From Candidatus Bathyarchaeota archaeon (GTDB taxonomy: Archaea; Thermoproteota; Bathyarchaeia; Bathyarchaeales; Bathycorpusculaceae), in the NCBI GenBank assembly GCA_963702095.1, contig OY969706.1:1024001-1088000 (forward strand): a DNA stretch of 64,000 bases. The letters run 5' to 3'. Positions 7,562 to 17,300 of the stretch are shown here, piece after piece (positions within the stretch are counted from its first letter, which is position 1; the number at the start of each line of letters is the position of its first letter). A program made the position numbers and the translations under genes. The notes under the pieces are model-generated. The model was given only the letters and a program-made list of their open reading frames with translations. It searched no databases and was not told the DNA's origin.

Positions 7562-10450
7562 TTGGCCACTGAATCTAGACATTCCGAGTTTCCTTTGGGC
7601 TCTATTGTTGAGTTGCGATCAAGGCTTTGGCGGGTGGACGACATACGAGACGAGGGTAATGTTCTTGTTGCCACAAGTATCGATGGTGCACCTGTTGAGC
7701 GCCGAAAGTTTTACGTACCTTTTGAGAAGATACGTGCCGGTAAGATTGAGCCGCCTTCAAGTGAAGTTTTGGGTAATTATTCTGCGCAGGATTTAATGTT
7801 GAGGGCTTTTCGCCTCAGTATGATTCATGGTGCTGCGCCTTTGCTTAGTCTTCAGCGGAGCCGGGTTGTGCCTGTTTCTTTTCAGATGGTTCCCGTTGTT
7901 ATGTCGCTTGAGATGCCGCGTGTTCGTTTACTCATAGCTGACGATGTTGGGTTGGGCAAAACGATTGAAGCGGGCCTTACTGTTGTTGAGTTGTTTGCTA
8001 GGCAGCGTGCTTCTCGGCTGCTGGTTATTTGTCCTGCTATGTTGAGGGAACAATGGAAAGAAGCCCTAGATTACTTCTTCCATGTGGATGCTAGAATAAT
8101 ATCTAGTTCTCACCGTCGGGAAATGGAGCGAGAGCTTCTTCCGGGAAGTAACCCATGGGAACATTATCCGTATCTTATCGCATCGATGGATTATGCCAAG
8201 ATGCCTGAGGTTAAACCACAGATTATCGAGCAAAACTGGGATATTGTGCTGGTGGATGAGGCTCATAACGTTGCTAAGCCTCATCAATCAGAATTCAGAA
8301 ACAAAGTTGAGATGGACCGCTGGGAGTTGATGCGTGAGCTCTCCAAGAAAACTAAGCATCTCATTATGCTTACTGCTACACCGCATAATGGCTATACCGA
8401 TACATTTGCTAGTCTGCTTAGGATGCTTGATGTGGGTGCTGTAACTGGTTCAGATAGTGACCCTGTAATCAATCGGGATATTGCAAAGAAGTATGTTTGT
8501 CAGCGTCGACGAAGCGACGTGGAAACTGAAATGAGTAGAGCAGGCGAGAAAAGTCCATTTCCCCAGAGGAACACAAAAGAAGCATACGCTCGGCTTTCTT
8601 CTCAGGAAATCAAGGTTGTCAAGGAGGTTGAGCGGCTAGGTAGGCATATTCTTGATAGTGCAGGTGGCGAGCGTACCTTTAAGATGCACATTGCTAAGTG
8701 GACGGTGATGCATTTTCACAAGCGGGCTCTCAGCTCTCCTTACGCTCTTGTTTGTTCACTTAAGAATCGGCTCAAGGTTATTGATGGAAAAATTGGTGCT
8801 CAAGATAATCAAGTGGATGAAGATGTTGGTTTGTCAGAGGATGAAGCCCGTGCCTCTGTATTGGATAACGATCCGGGGGATCGATTGGATGATGAGGAGC
8901 CTGGTTCAAGGATGGAGCATCATCTGTTTGGGGATAAAGATGCGGCGCTTAAGGAAAAAGAGTTACTGGAGCAGACGCTGTCAGCTGCACGAAAGATTAC
9001 ACCTGACAAGGATGCCAAGCTTGCCGAGTTGCTTGATAATGCATTGCGTGAACTTTATAGGAATAAACCCAAGGTCATAATTTTTACAAGATACAAGGAT
9101 ACATTAGATTATCTTGCTGAGAATATTCCACAACACAGGAATTATCGAGACGCCAAGATTGTTGTGATTCATGGCTCTATGAATGATTCTCAGCGGAAAG
9201 AGCGATTCAAAGAATTTGAGCTTGCGCCCCGAGCTATTCTGGTGGCTACCGACTGCATTTCTGAAGGAATTAACCTCCAATATGTTGCTTCACAGATAAT
9301 TCATTATGAGTTACCGTGGAACCCCAATAGGCTTGAGCAAAGAAATGGTCGTGTTGATCGTTATGGGCAGCGTGAACCCGTTGTTTACATTAGGACAATG
9401 GTTGTTAACGATTCATTGGAAGCTGCTATCCTAAAGGTTTTGGTGGAGAAGGCTTATAGGATTAGAGATGAGTTTGGGTTTTCTCCGCCTTTCTTTGGTG
9501 ACGATTTATCCGTTTTGGATTTAATTCGAGAGCACCGCTTAGAAGTCCCCTTAGGACAGTTAAGTATGGATGCATTTTTTGAAGGTTCAACTTCAAAACC
9601 TGAACTGGTAGTTGATCCTTTTTCTGATGAATCCGTTCAGCGCATGAAAAACGATAACTTTTATGGTCAATCGAGTATCGACTTGTCTGAAGTTAAAAAA
9701 CGTCTCAGTGAAACCGAGAACTTGATAGGGAGCAGTGGGCAGATTCAGGACTTCGTTAAAAGTGGGTTGAAACGGTTTGGTTGCCGATTAACCCCTAACG
9801 TGGATGGCACTCTTCGGGTTGAAGTTTTGGATAATCGTCTCTCTCAAGGGTTAGAGAAAACTGTATTACCAAGAACTACCTTTGACCCCTTGCGAGGCAG
9901 AGACGATCCTGACCTGGAAGTCATTGACTTAGGACATAAGCTGGTAAGAAACCTAATAGAGCTAGTCAAGCAACTTACCTTCTCGCCAAAAGAAACCGAC
10001 GTTTATGGACGCACTGCATGTATAGCAACTAAAGCAGCTAGTAGGGTCTCGGCGGTCTACACGTTTCTTGCAAGGTACGCTGTCCACACCCAACCTGTCT
10101 CTATCGTTGAAGAACTGTTGACTGTTGGGTTTGAAGTACATGGTGACGCTAAGCTAACGTCGGCTGAGGCTGAAGCGCTATCTCATTCAGTACCAACGGA
10201 CAACAGAAGAACTCCCATTGAGATGTGCGAGGACTTGGCAGCTGCGATTTCCAAGAGCAACCTTGAGGGGGCGTTGAAGCTTCGAGCTCAGGAGCGTTGT
10301 ACCGAGTTGACGGCTGAGCGGATGCAGGTGAAAAAGAGCCTGCAGAATCAGGGCGAGCAGCAGTGGCTTCAAGGCATCGACGACCTCTCCGTTGCATCGG
10401 TAGACCTGCTATGTGTTACTGTTTATTATCCTTCTTTGGGAGGTAGCTGA
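7562..10450 (+). CDS. SNF2-family helicase, DrmD/RapA-like
   Basis: LLIADDVGLGKT, DEAH, TATPH, SEGINLQ, WNPNRLEQRNGRVDRYGQ; TTG 7562 preceded by GGAGG. Confidence 0.88.
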   Translation: MATESRHSEFPLGSIVELRSRLWRVDDIRDEGNVLVATSIDGAPVERRKFYVPFEKIRAGKIEPPSSEVLGNYSAQDLMLRAFRLSMIHGAAPLLSLQRSRVVPVSFQMVPVVMSLEMPRVRLLIADDVGLGKTIEAGLTVVELFARQRASRLLVICPAMLREQWKEALDYFFHVDARIISSSHRREMERELLPGSNPWEHYPYLIASMDYAKMPEVKPQIIEQNWDIVLVDEAHNVAKPHQSEFRNKVEMDRWELMRELSKKTKHLIMLTATPHNGYTDTFASLLRMLDVGAVTGSDSDPVINRDIAKKYVCQRRRSDVETEMSRAGEKSPFPQRNTKEAYARLSSQEIKVVKEVERLGRHILDSAGGERTFKMHIAKWTVMHFHKRALSSPYALVCSLKNRLKVIDGKIGAQDNQVDEDVGLSEDEARASVLDNDPGDRLDDEEPGSRMEHHLFGDKDAALKEKELLEQTLSAARKITPDKDAKLAELLDNALRELYRNKPKVIIFTRYKDTLDYLAENIPQHRNYRDAKIVVIHGSMNDSQRKERFKEFELAPRAILVATDCISEGINLQYVASQIIHYELPWNPNRLEQRNGRVDRYGQREPVVYIRTMVVNDSLEAAILKVLVEKAYRIRDEFGFSPPFFGDDLSVLDLIREHRLEVPLGQLSMDAFFEGSTSKPELVVDPFSDESVQRMKNDNFYGQSSIDLSEVKKRLSETENLIGSSGQIQDFVKSGLKRFGCRLTPNVDGTLRVEVLDNRLSQGLEKTVLPRTTFDPLRGRDDPDLEVIDLGHKLVRNLIELVKQLTFSPKETDVYGRTACIATKAASRVSAVYTFLARYAVHTQPVSIVEELLTVGFEVHGDAKLTSAEAEALSHSVPTDNRRTPIEMCEDLAAAISKSNLEGALKLRAQERCTELTAERMQVKKSLQNQGEQQWLQGIDDLSVASVDLLCVTVYYPSLGGS

Positions 10451-10451
10451 T

Positions 10452-13400
10452 TTGCGAAAAAACCCCCTCAAAAACATGTCAGCGCACGGCGGCATAATCA
10501 CCTCCGAATTTTTAGAAACCATTCAAGGCGAGAACGTCAAGAATCCAAGGGTTGAACCCCAATGCTTTGCAGCCTTCAACCAGCCAACTCCCACAAAAGA
10601 CAAACGAGAACTCGGCGACAAGATAGCCAACTCATTCAAATTGCTTCTTGAACGCTGGGATGCCATATCCCTTCGCTATCAGAAGATGTCTGTTTCTGAG
10701 GCAAGAAGCAAATGGATGGTTCCTCTTTTCAAAGAGTTGGGATTTGATCCTGACTTTAGAAGAGAAGAAATCGTAGTTGGTGGCGATGATAAACTCCGAT
10801 TCCGTCTTTCTCATAGGGGCTGGAGTAGCGAGTTAGCGCCAAAGATACACATGGTTGCTCCTGCCCAAGATTTGGAAGAAGCCAGCGATGGTGGCGAGGG
10901 AGAGGTTGTTAGACGGGGACGAACCCGTAGCCCTCATGATGAAATGCAAGCCTACCTAAACGTAACTAAGGGCTTAAAATGGGGGATTGTAACCAACGGA
11001 ATCTTGCTCCGAGTCCTCCGCGAATACTTCCATACTACAACCAAAGGATATGTCGAGTTTGACCTGGAAAATATCTTCAGGGAAAGAAGCTTTACCGATT
11101 TTCGTGCAATGTACAGACTGGTGCATGCGAGCAGATTCCTCCCCGACCAAGACGGCACCAGCCCTCTAGAGCAATTCTACAAAGAAAGCGTAGCGGCCGG
11201 GGTAAAAGTCGGCGAGGACCTGCGCAAAAACGTTAAAAAAGCAATCGAAGCCTTAGGGAACGGCTTCTTAACACCTGAACTAACCAAGAAAATGATTGAA
11301 GACGAAGAGTTCTGCAAAGCATACTACGCCGAACTACTAAGAGTAATCTACCGCCTACTATTCCTACTGTTTGCCGAACAACGTGCCATGCTGCCAACAA
11401 AAGGCTCACTCTACATCGAAGAATACAGCATAACACGTCTTCGAGAAATGGCAGAAACAAGACACGGCAAAGATGACCACCATGACCTGTGGGAAGGATT
11501 GAGAGTAACCTTTCACATGCTGAAGAAAGGGTGTCTCCCTCTCAAAGTATTTGGTTATAATGGTAGTCTTTTTGATGACGCAGAACTTTCCATACTCTCA
11601 CAACAACAATGTAAGAATGAAGACGTACTCAGAGCAATTAGAAATTTAACATTAGTTGAAGAAGAAAGGGTTCTAAAACGCATTAACTATTTGGATCTAG
11701 GGGTTGAAGAAATTGGTTCGATTTACGAGAGTCTTCTGGACTTTGCGCCAAGAGTATTTGATAAAGAACAAGAAATAGATGAAGAAAATGTTCCATCAAA
11801 TACTTTTTTCCTAGATCCTCGTGGTGTTGCACGTAAATCTTCGGGCAGTTACTACACCCATCCTCGCCTGATAGATGAATTGATCAAGAGTGCTCTGAAA
11901 CCTGTAGTGGACGATAAAATTGCCAATGTCGTGGATAAACAGAATGCATTATTGTCAGTGAAAGTGTGTGATCCAGCTTGTGGCAGTGGGGCTTTTCTAA
12001 TTGCTGCGAACAATTATCTATCGAGAGAACTAGCAAAGCTACGGACTGGACAAGCCGAACCATCTGACAAGGAGGTTAAAAAAGCAACAAGAGAGGTATT
12101 GCAGCACTGCATCTACGGGGTCGACCTCAACCCTATGGCTGTAGAACTAGCTAAAGTCTCATTGTGGATAAACTCATGCGTTGAAGATATGCCCCTGAAT
12201 TTCTTAGATCATCATATCAAATGTGGGAATTCTCTAATTGGATCAAATTCCGAACTACTAAGCAAGGGAATTCCAGACAAGGCATTCGATCCAGTAGGCG
12301 AAGAAGATAAAACAATTTCAAAGAGGATTAAGCTTCAAAACTCTATACAACAAAAGGATAAACTGCTTAGCGAGTTTGGCATTGGAACAATTGAAGCTAA
12401 GAAAGAAGCTCAGGAATATGCTTCGTTAAGTGAACTTGCCGAAAAATCGTCTGAAGATGTGGATGCAAAAAAAAGTAAATATATTGCTTTAGTGAAATCT
12501 CCGGAATTTCTAAAGGAAAAGGAAGTAGCTAACTGTTGGACCTCAGCATTTTTCTGCCCCTTAAACAAAGAAGCTCCCCAACCTCCTACCCAAGGAATTT
12601 TGAGATCTATTCAACTTCGGGGACTTACTTCAATTCATAAAGAAACCGCCAATATGATTGAAAAGCTCTCAAAGGATTATTCCTTCTTCCACTGGGAATT
12701 CGAGTTTCCAGATGTTTTTCTAGGGGAAGGTAAAGGATTTGATTGTATAATCGGTAATCCGCCATGGGATAAGCTAATCAAGAATTCAGATGAATTCTTC
12801 AATTTCTATGTTCCAGACTACAGAGCACAGAACAATAGGGACAAGAAAAGATTACAAGAAGAACTGTGCAAGGACAATGTCATTCTTAAACGATGGCTAG
12901 AATGTGACAATTATTTTTCTCATACAACAAAGTTTTTCGTTCAATCCGACGCTTTTGTGTATCAAGGCAGCGGAACCATTAATGCCTTCAAGTTGTTTAT
13001 CGAAAAAGCCTACCAAATTTGCGGATTGAATGGAAGAATAGGTTTGCTCGTTCCTTCAGGAGTTTATACTGATGAGGGATGCACAGAGTTAAGGAAACTT
13101 CTATTTGACAAAACAAAGTTGGAATATCTTTTATGCATGGAAAACAAGCAGAAAATATTCCCTATTCATAGTAGCTTTAAGTTTGTTGTTTTGGTTACTG
13201 GAAAGGGAGGTCCAACGGAAGAGTTTAGCGCAGGCTTTATGATTCATGACTTAGATGTGCTTTCAAACCTAAAAGAAAACGGGCTAAGAATTCCAGTAAG
13301 ATTGGTAAAGAGATTTTCCCCAGATACATTATCAGTTATGGAATTTGCATCTCAAGAAGAGATAATGCTGATGGAGAAGTTGTATGGCGACATTCCTTTG

Positions 13401-14294
13401 CTAGGGGAAGAAATTAGTGGAACATGGAACGCCAAGTTTCACAGAGAACTTCACCTTTCAGATGACAAGGATATTATACAAACCAAACAAACGCCTCTAA
13501 GGATATTCGAGGGTAAGATGATTCATCATTATTATTACCTATATGAAGAGCCAAGATTTTGGATGTTAGAAAAGGATGCCCTTGATTTCTATGCCCATTG
13601 GGGCTATCAAGCTTGGAAGGAATACCGCCTAGCCTACAGGTTGGTTGCAAGCAGCACAAACGAAACTACCCTAATTACAACAATAATACCCAAGGACGCT
13701 GCATCGGTGAACTCCTTAATGATTTTAGAAGTTCATAGCTTGAAGGCAAAGAACTTGGTTGAGAACATATCAGAAAGTGAACAATGCTTCTTAACGGCTC
13801 TTATGAACAGTTTTGTGATGAATTACATTTTAAGAAGAAAAATTAGCGCAAATCTGAGTGCGTTTTATATTTATCAATTGCCAATACCGAGGTACAAGGC
13901 TGGAAACTGGTTTTTTGATCAATTAGTATGTCGTTCAGCACGACTTATTTGCACCACAGATGAATATGCCGAGCTTTGGGCAGAGGTGTATAGAACAACT
14001 TGGAAAAATATTTCACAAGACCTAACCAGCGAACTTGATGATTGGTCCATCTTAGAACCGAAGTGGACTACCAACTGTGGAGTGCAAGGTTGGGATGAGA
14101 CAAAGCACGATATAGGGAAACGAGCTCAACTCCGCTGTGAAATTGATGCTTTTGTTGCGCATTTATTCAAATTGACTGAGCCTGAGCTAAAGTACATCCT
14201 TTCAACTTTTCCTATAGTCAAAGAAAAGACCCCTTGGTTGATAGATGGCGTGATTAGAGAATACATCCGTTTATCTAAACATCTTAAGACTTAA
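10452..14294 (+). CDS. Type IIG/Eco57I-like N6-adenine DNA methyltransferase (DrmMI-like)
   Basis: GSYYT, DPACGSGAF, GVDLN, FFHWEFEFP, GNPPW; N-terminal WGIVTNG REase-like region; C-terminal TRD; GGAGGT before TTG 10452. Confidence 0.9.
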   Translation: MRKNPLKNMSAHGGIITSEFLETIQGENVKNPRVEPQCFAAFNQPTPTKDKRELGDKIANSFKLLLERWDAISLRYQKMSVSEARSKWMVPLFKELGFDPDFRREEIVVGGDDKLRFRLSHRGWSSELAPKIHMVAPAQDLEEASDGGEGEVVRRGRTRSPHDEMQAYLNVTKGLKWGIVTNGILLRVLREYFHTTTKGYVEFDLENIFRERSFTDFRAMYRLVHASRFLPDQDGTSPLEQFYKESVAAGVKVGEDLRKNVKKAIEALGNGFLTPELTKKMIEDEEFCKAYYAELLRVIYRLLFLLFAEQRAMLPTKGSLYIEEYSITRLREMAETRHGKDDHHDLWEGLRVTFHMLKKGCLPLKVFGYNGSLFDDAELSILSQQQCKNEDVLRAIRNLTLVEEERVLKRINYLDLGVEEIGSIYESLLDFAPRVFDKEQEIDEENVPSNTFFLDPRGVARKSSGSYYTHPRLIDELIKSALKPVVDDKIANVVDKQNALLSVKVCDPACGSGAFLIAANNYLSRELAKLRTGQAEPSDKEVKKATREVLQHCIYGVDLNPMAVELAKVSLWINSCVEDMPLNFLDHHIKCGNSLIGSNSELLSKGIPDKAFDPVGEEDKTISKRIKLQNSIQQKDKLLSEFGIGTIEAKKEAQEYASLSELAEKSSEDVDAKKSKYIALVKSPEFLKEKEVANCWTSAFFCPLNKEAPQPPTQGILRSIQLRGLTSIHKETANMIEKLSKDYSFFHWEFEFPDVFLGEGKGFDCIIGNPPWDKLIKNSDEFFNFYVPDYRAQNNRDKKRLQEELCKDNVILKRWLECDNYFSHTTKFFVQSDAFVYQGSGTINAFKLFIEKAYQICGLNGRIGLLVPSGVYTDEGCTELRKLLFDKTKLEYLLCMENKQKIFPIHSSFKFVVLVTGKGGPTEEFSAGFMIHDLDVLSNLKENGLRIPVRLVKRFSPDTLSVMEFASQEEIMLMEKLYGDIPLLGEEISGTWNAKFHRELHLSDDKDIIQTKQTPLRIFEGKMIHHYYYLYEEPRFWMLEKDALDFYAHWGYQAWKEYRLAYRLVASSTNETTLITTIIPKDAASVNSLMILEVHSLKAKNLVENISESEQCFLTALMNSFVMNYILRRKISANLSAFYIYQLPIPRYKAGNWFFDQLVCRSARLICTTDEYAELWAEVYRTTWKNISQDLTSELDDWSILEPKWTTNCGVQGWDETKHDIGKRAQLRCEIDAFVAHLFKLTEPELKYILSTFPIVKEKTPWLIDGVIREYIRLSKHLKT

Positions 14295-14348
14295 GTGCTG
14301 ATACCTCTAACTGTTGTTAATCAGAGTAACGCTAGAAGTGTTGAAAAA

Positions 14349-17300
14349 ATGAATCCATTTGAGACTCTATCGTACGTTCAAGATACCTATAGAACATATG
14401 TCTATACTTTTCAGAAGATAAGAAGCCCTAAAATCGAAAAATGGGTTCAGGACAAGATTGCTGAAGGTACTCTTCTTTGGAAAGATCCCTATATTCAGCT
14501 TAACCGTCGTTTTGAGCAAGGCGATTCGTTACAAAAGTTAGTAGATGAGGGTATTCTTCATAGAGGAGTTCTGAAGATTTTTTCAAGGAAGGAGGCCAAT
14601 GGACAGCTAACAGGTAGCCCTATCCTTCCTTACAAGCATCAGAGTGAAGCCATTCTTTCTATATTAAGGGACAATGCAAATACTCTTGTTACTACGGGGA
14701 CTAGTTCTGGTAAGAGCTTCTGCTTTGGTATTCCAATCGTTAGTGAATGCCTTAAGATGCGCGACCAGGGCTTGAGTGGGATTAAGGCGATTATTGTTTA
14801 TCCTATGAATGCTTTGGCTAATAGTCAGTATGAGGATTTTGCGCTGAGGCTTCATGGGTCTGGTTTGAAGATTGGGCTCTATACGGGCGACACTAAGAAT
14901 AGTCCTGATGAGGCGAGGGCAGCGCTGAAAATGGCCACTGGCAGAGAGGAACCATATGATAGCGAGCTTTTGTCCAGAGATGAGATTCAAGCTAACCCAC
15001 CGGACATACTCATGACCAACTATGTCATGTTAGAACTGCTTTTGACACGTTTTGAAGATAGAAAACTCTTTCCTAAAGACCAACGTAGCCTCAAATTCCT
15101 TGTTTTAGATGAGATTCATACTTATTCAGGCAAAAAAGGCGCCGACGTGGCCTGCCTAATCAGGCGGTTGAAACAGCGCACTGGTACAATTGGCAAACTA
15201 CGGTGCATTGGCACAAGTGCGACCGTTCAAAGCGAAAAAGGAGAGAGGGGCGAAGAGCTCATCGCTGATTTTGCCAAGACTCTCTTTAGTGAAGATTTCC
15301 AGCCAGCACACGTCATAGGAGAACATTACCTCAAAATATCGCGACCTAGTGCTGACCCGCTGCCCTCAGCCATCCATGTAACAAATGAAATGCTTGAGCA
15401 TTTTGATGGAACTCTCGAAAAAGCCATCGCGTTAACAGAAGCATTAACTGGAAACCCCGTAGCCGACCAGGACAAAACAGCAGAAGGCATAGGCAAAATC
15501 CTCTCTGCCCAGCAAACGGTGCAGTTCCTTGAAGACAAACTCTCAGAAAACTCTCAATCGCTAGTAACTATTCTCAAAGAGTACAAGGAACGGCATCGAC
15601 TTAGCTTTTCAGAGGAAGACGTCGCCAAGGAGCTAAAAGCGGCACTATTAGCCGGATCAGTTGGAATGGTGGAGATCCTTGGCAGCCAACAGCCCAAGTT
15701 TGTCCCAAAAATCCACACATTCTTCTCACAGGGCAAAACGATCACAACCTGCCTAACTAAAGACGGACCACACCTAAACGAACGCGGAGAAAGCACCTGC
15801 CCAACCTGCGCTAAAGACCAAAAAACAAGAGCCACCTTTCCCCTCAACTTCTGCCGAGCCTGCGGACAAGAATTCTACGGCGCCACCATAACAGAAGACA
15901 ACACGCTTTACCCCCGAGACATTGACATGGTTGAAACTCAAGGAACTAACGCTTACCTACAGATAGGAACTTTCAATGAGGAGACTGTTCCTTTTCCAGC
16001 AGAATGGTACGATAAAGAAGAAAAACAGCTTACAGCAAAACATGAGGAAGCAAGACCCCAAAGAGCGATCTACTGTCCAAGTTGCAACAAGATATACGCA
16101 ACATGCAGCTGCAAAGACCGCTTGGAAGTAACAGTTGTTCCATCGCCGTTTCTTTTCTGCCCCACGTGTGGAGTTTACTACGACAAGAGGTCAAGAGAAT
16201 TTAGTAAACTGTTCACGTTTGGCTCAATCGGCAGAAGCACAGGAACCGACGTTCTGGTGTCAAGCGTGGTTTCAAAGCTTAACCCAGACGAGAGAAAATT
16301 AATCGCGTTCTCGGACAGCCGCCAAGATACAGCTCTCCAAGCTGCTCACATGAATAATCTGCAGAAAAGAATCCATTTCAGACAATCACTCTACTACGCC
16401 CTAAAAGACAACGGCTACATCGAAGGTACAGACAAAGCCCTCGACATTAACCAAACAGGACTTAAGATATTCAAAACTATGGAGAACAATGATGTTATCC
16501 CAGATTATGCAAGGGCAAGAGGCAAATACGTCAAAACATCGGATGCCGATGAGGCGTATCAACGTTATCTAGAATACAACGTAGTCTTAGACCTAGGCTC
16601 CTCTACAAGAAAGAATCAAAGAAACCTCGAAGAAGTCGGATTAGTCCAGGTAATCTATAATGGACTTGAAGGTCTATCCCAAGACGAGGCGCTATGGAAA
16701 AAAATCAACCCCCTCGCAACCCTCTCACCAATAGAGAGACAAGACTATCTGAGCGGTATTCTAGATATTTTTAGAAGTAAACGCGCAATAAGCCACAAAG
16801 ATGTCCTCAACCAACGAGAATTTAGAAATGAAATCATTTCTAAATTAACTGAAGAATGCCAATTTGACATAGGTGCAGAAGCACCTGGTACCATAATGGG
16901 CTACTCAGATACAGCACGCAAAGGCGACAAAACCAAATATGTGCTGAGGATAACTGGACCGAAAAGCCGACTTATGATATGGACACAAAGAGTCCTGGGC
17001 TTAAGCCGCGAGGAAGCTGCTGATCTGCTAAACCAAATCTTCAGCATTCTATCCGATAAAGAGCTCCTACCCATATTGGCTTCGGTACCCGTCAAAGGAT
17101 ATAGAGGCATATCTCTTGGCGAAGTCTACATGCTAGACAGCCAATACCTCCAGCTCCAAGCCCTAAACAAAACCAAACATAAAATATGCCCAAAATGCGG
17201 CTTACTACACCACCGACAAACCATAGACATCTGCACAGACGTCAATTGCGGACAACTAGAACAAAGAGACTTTGAAAAAAACTATTTCAGAATAGCCTAC

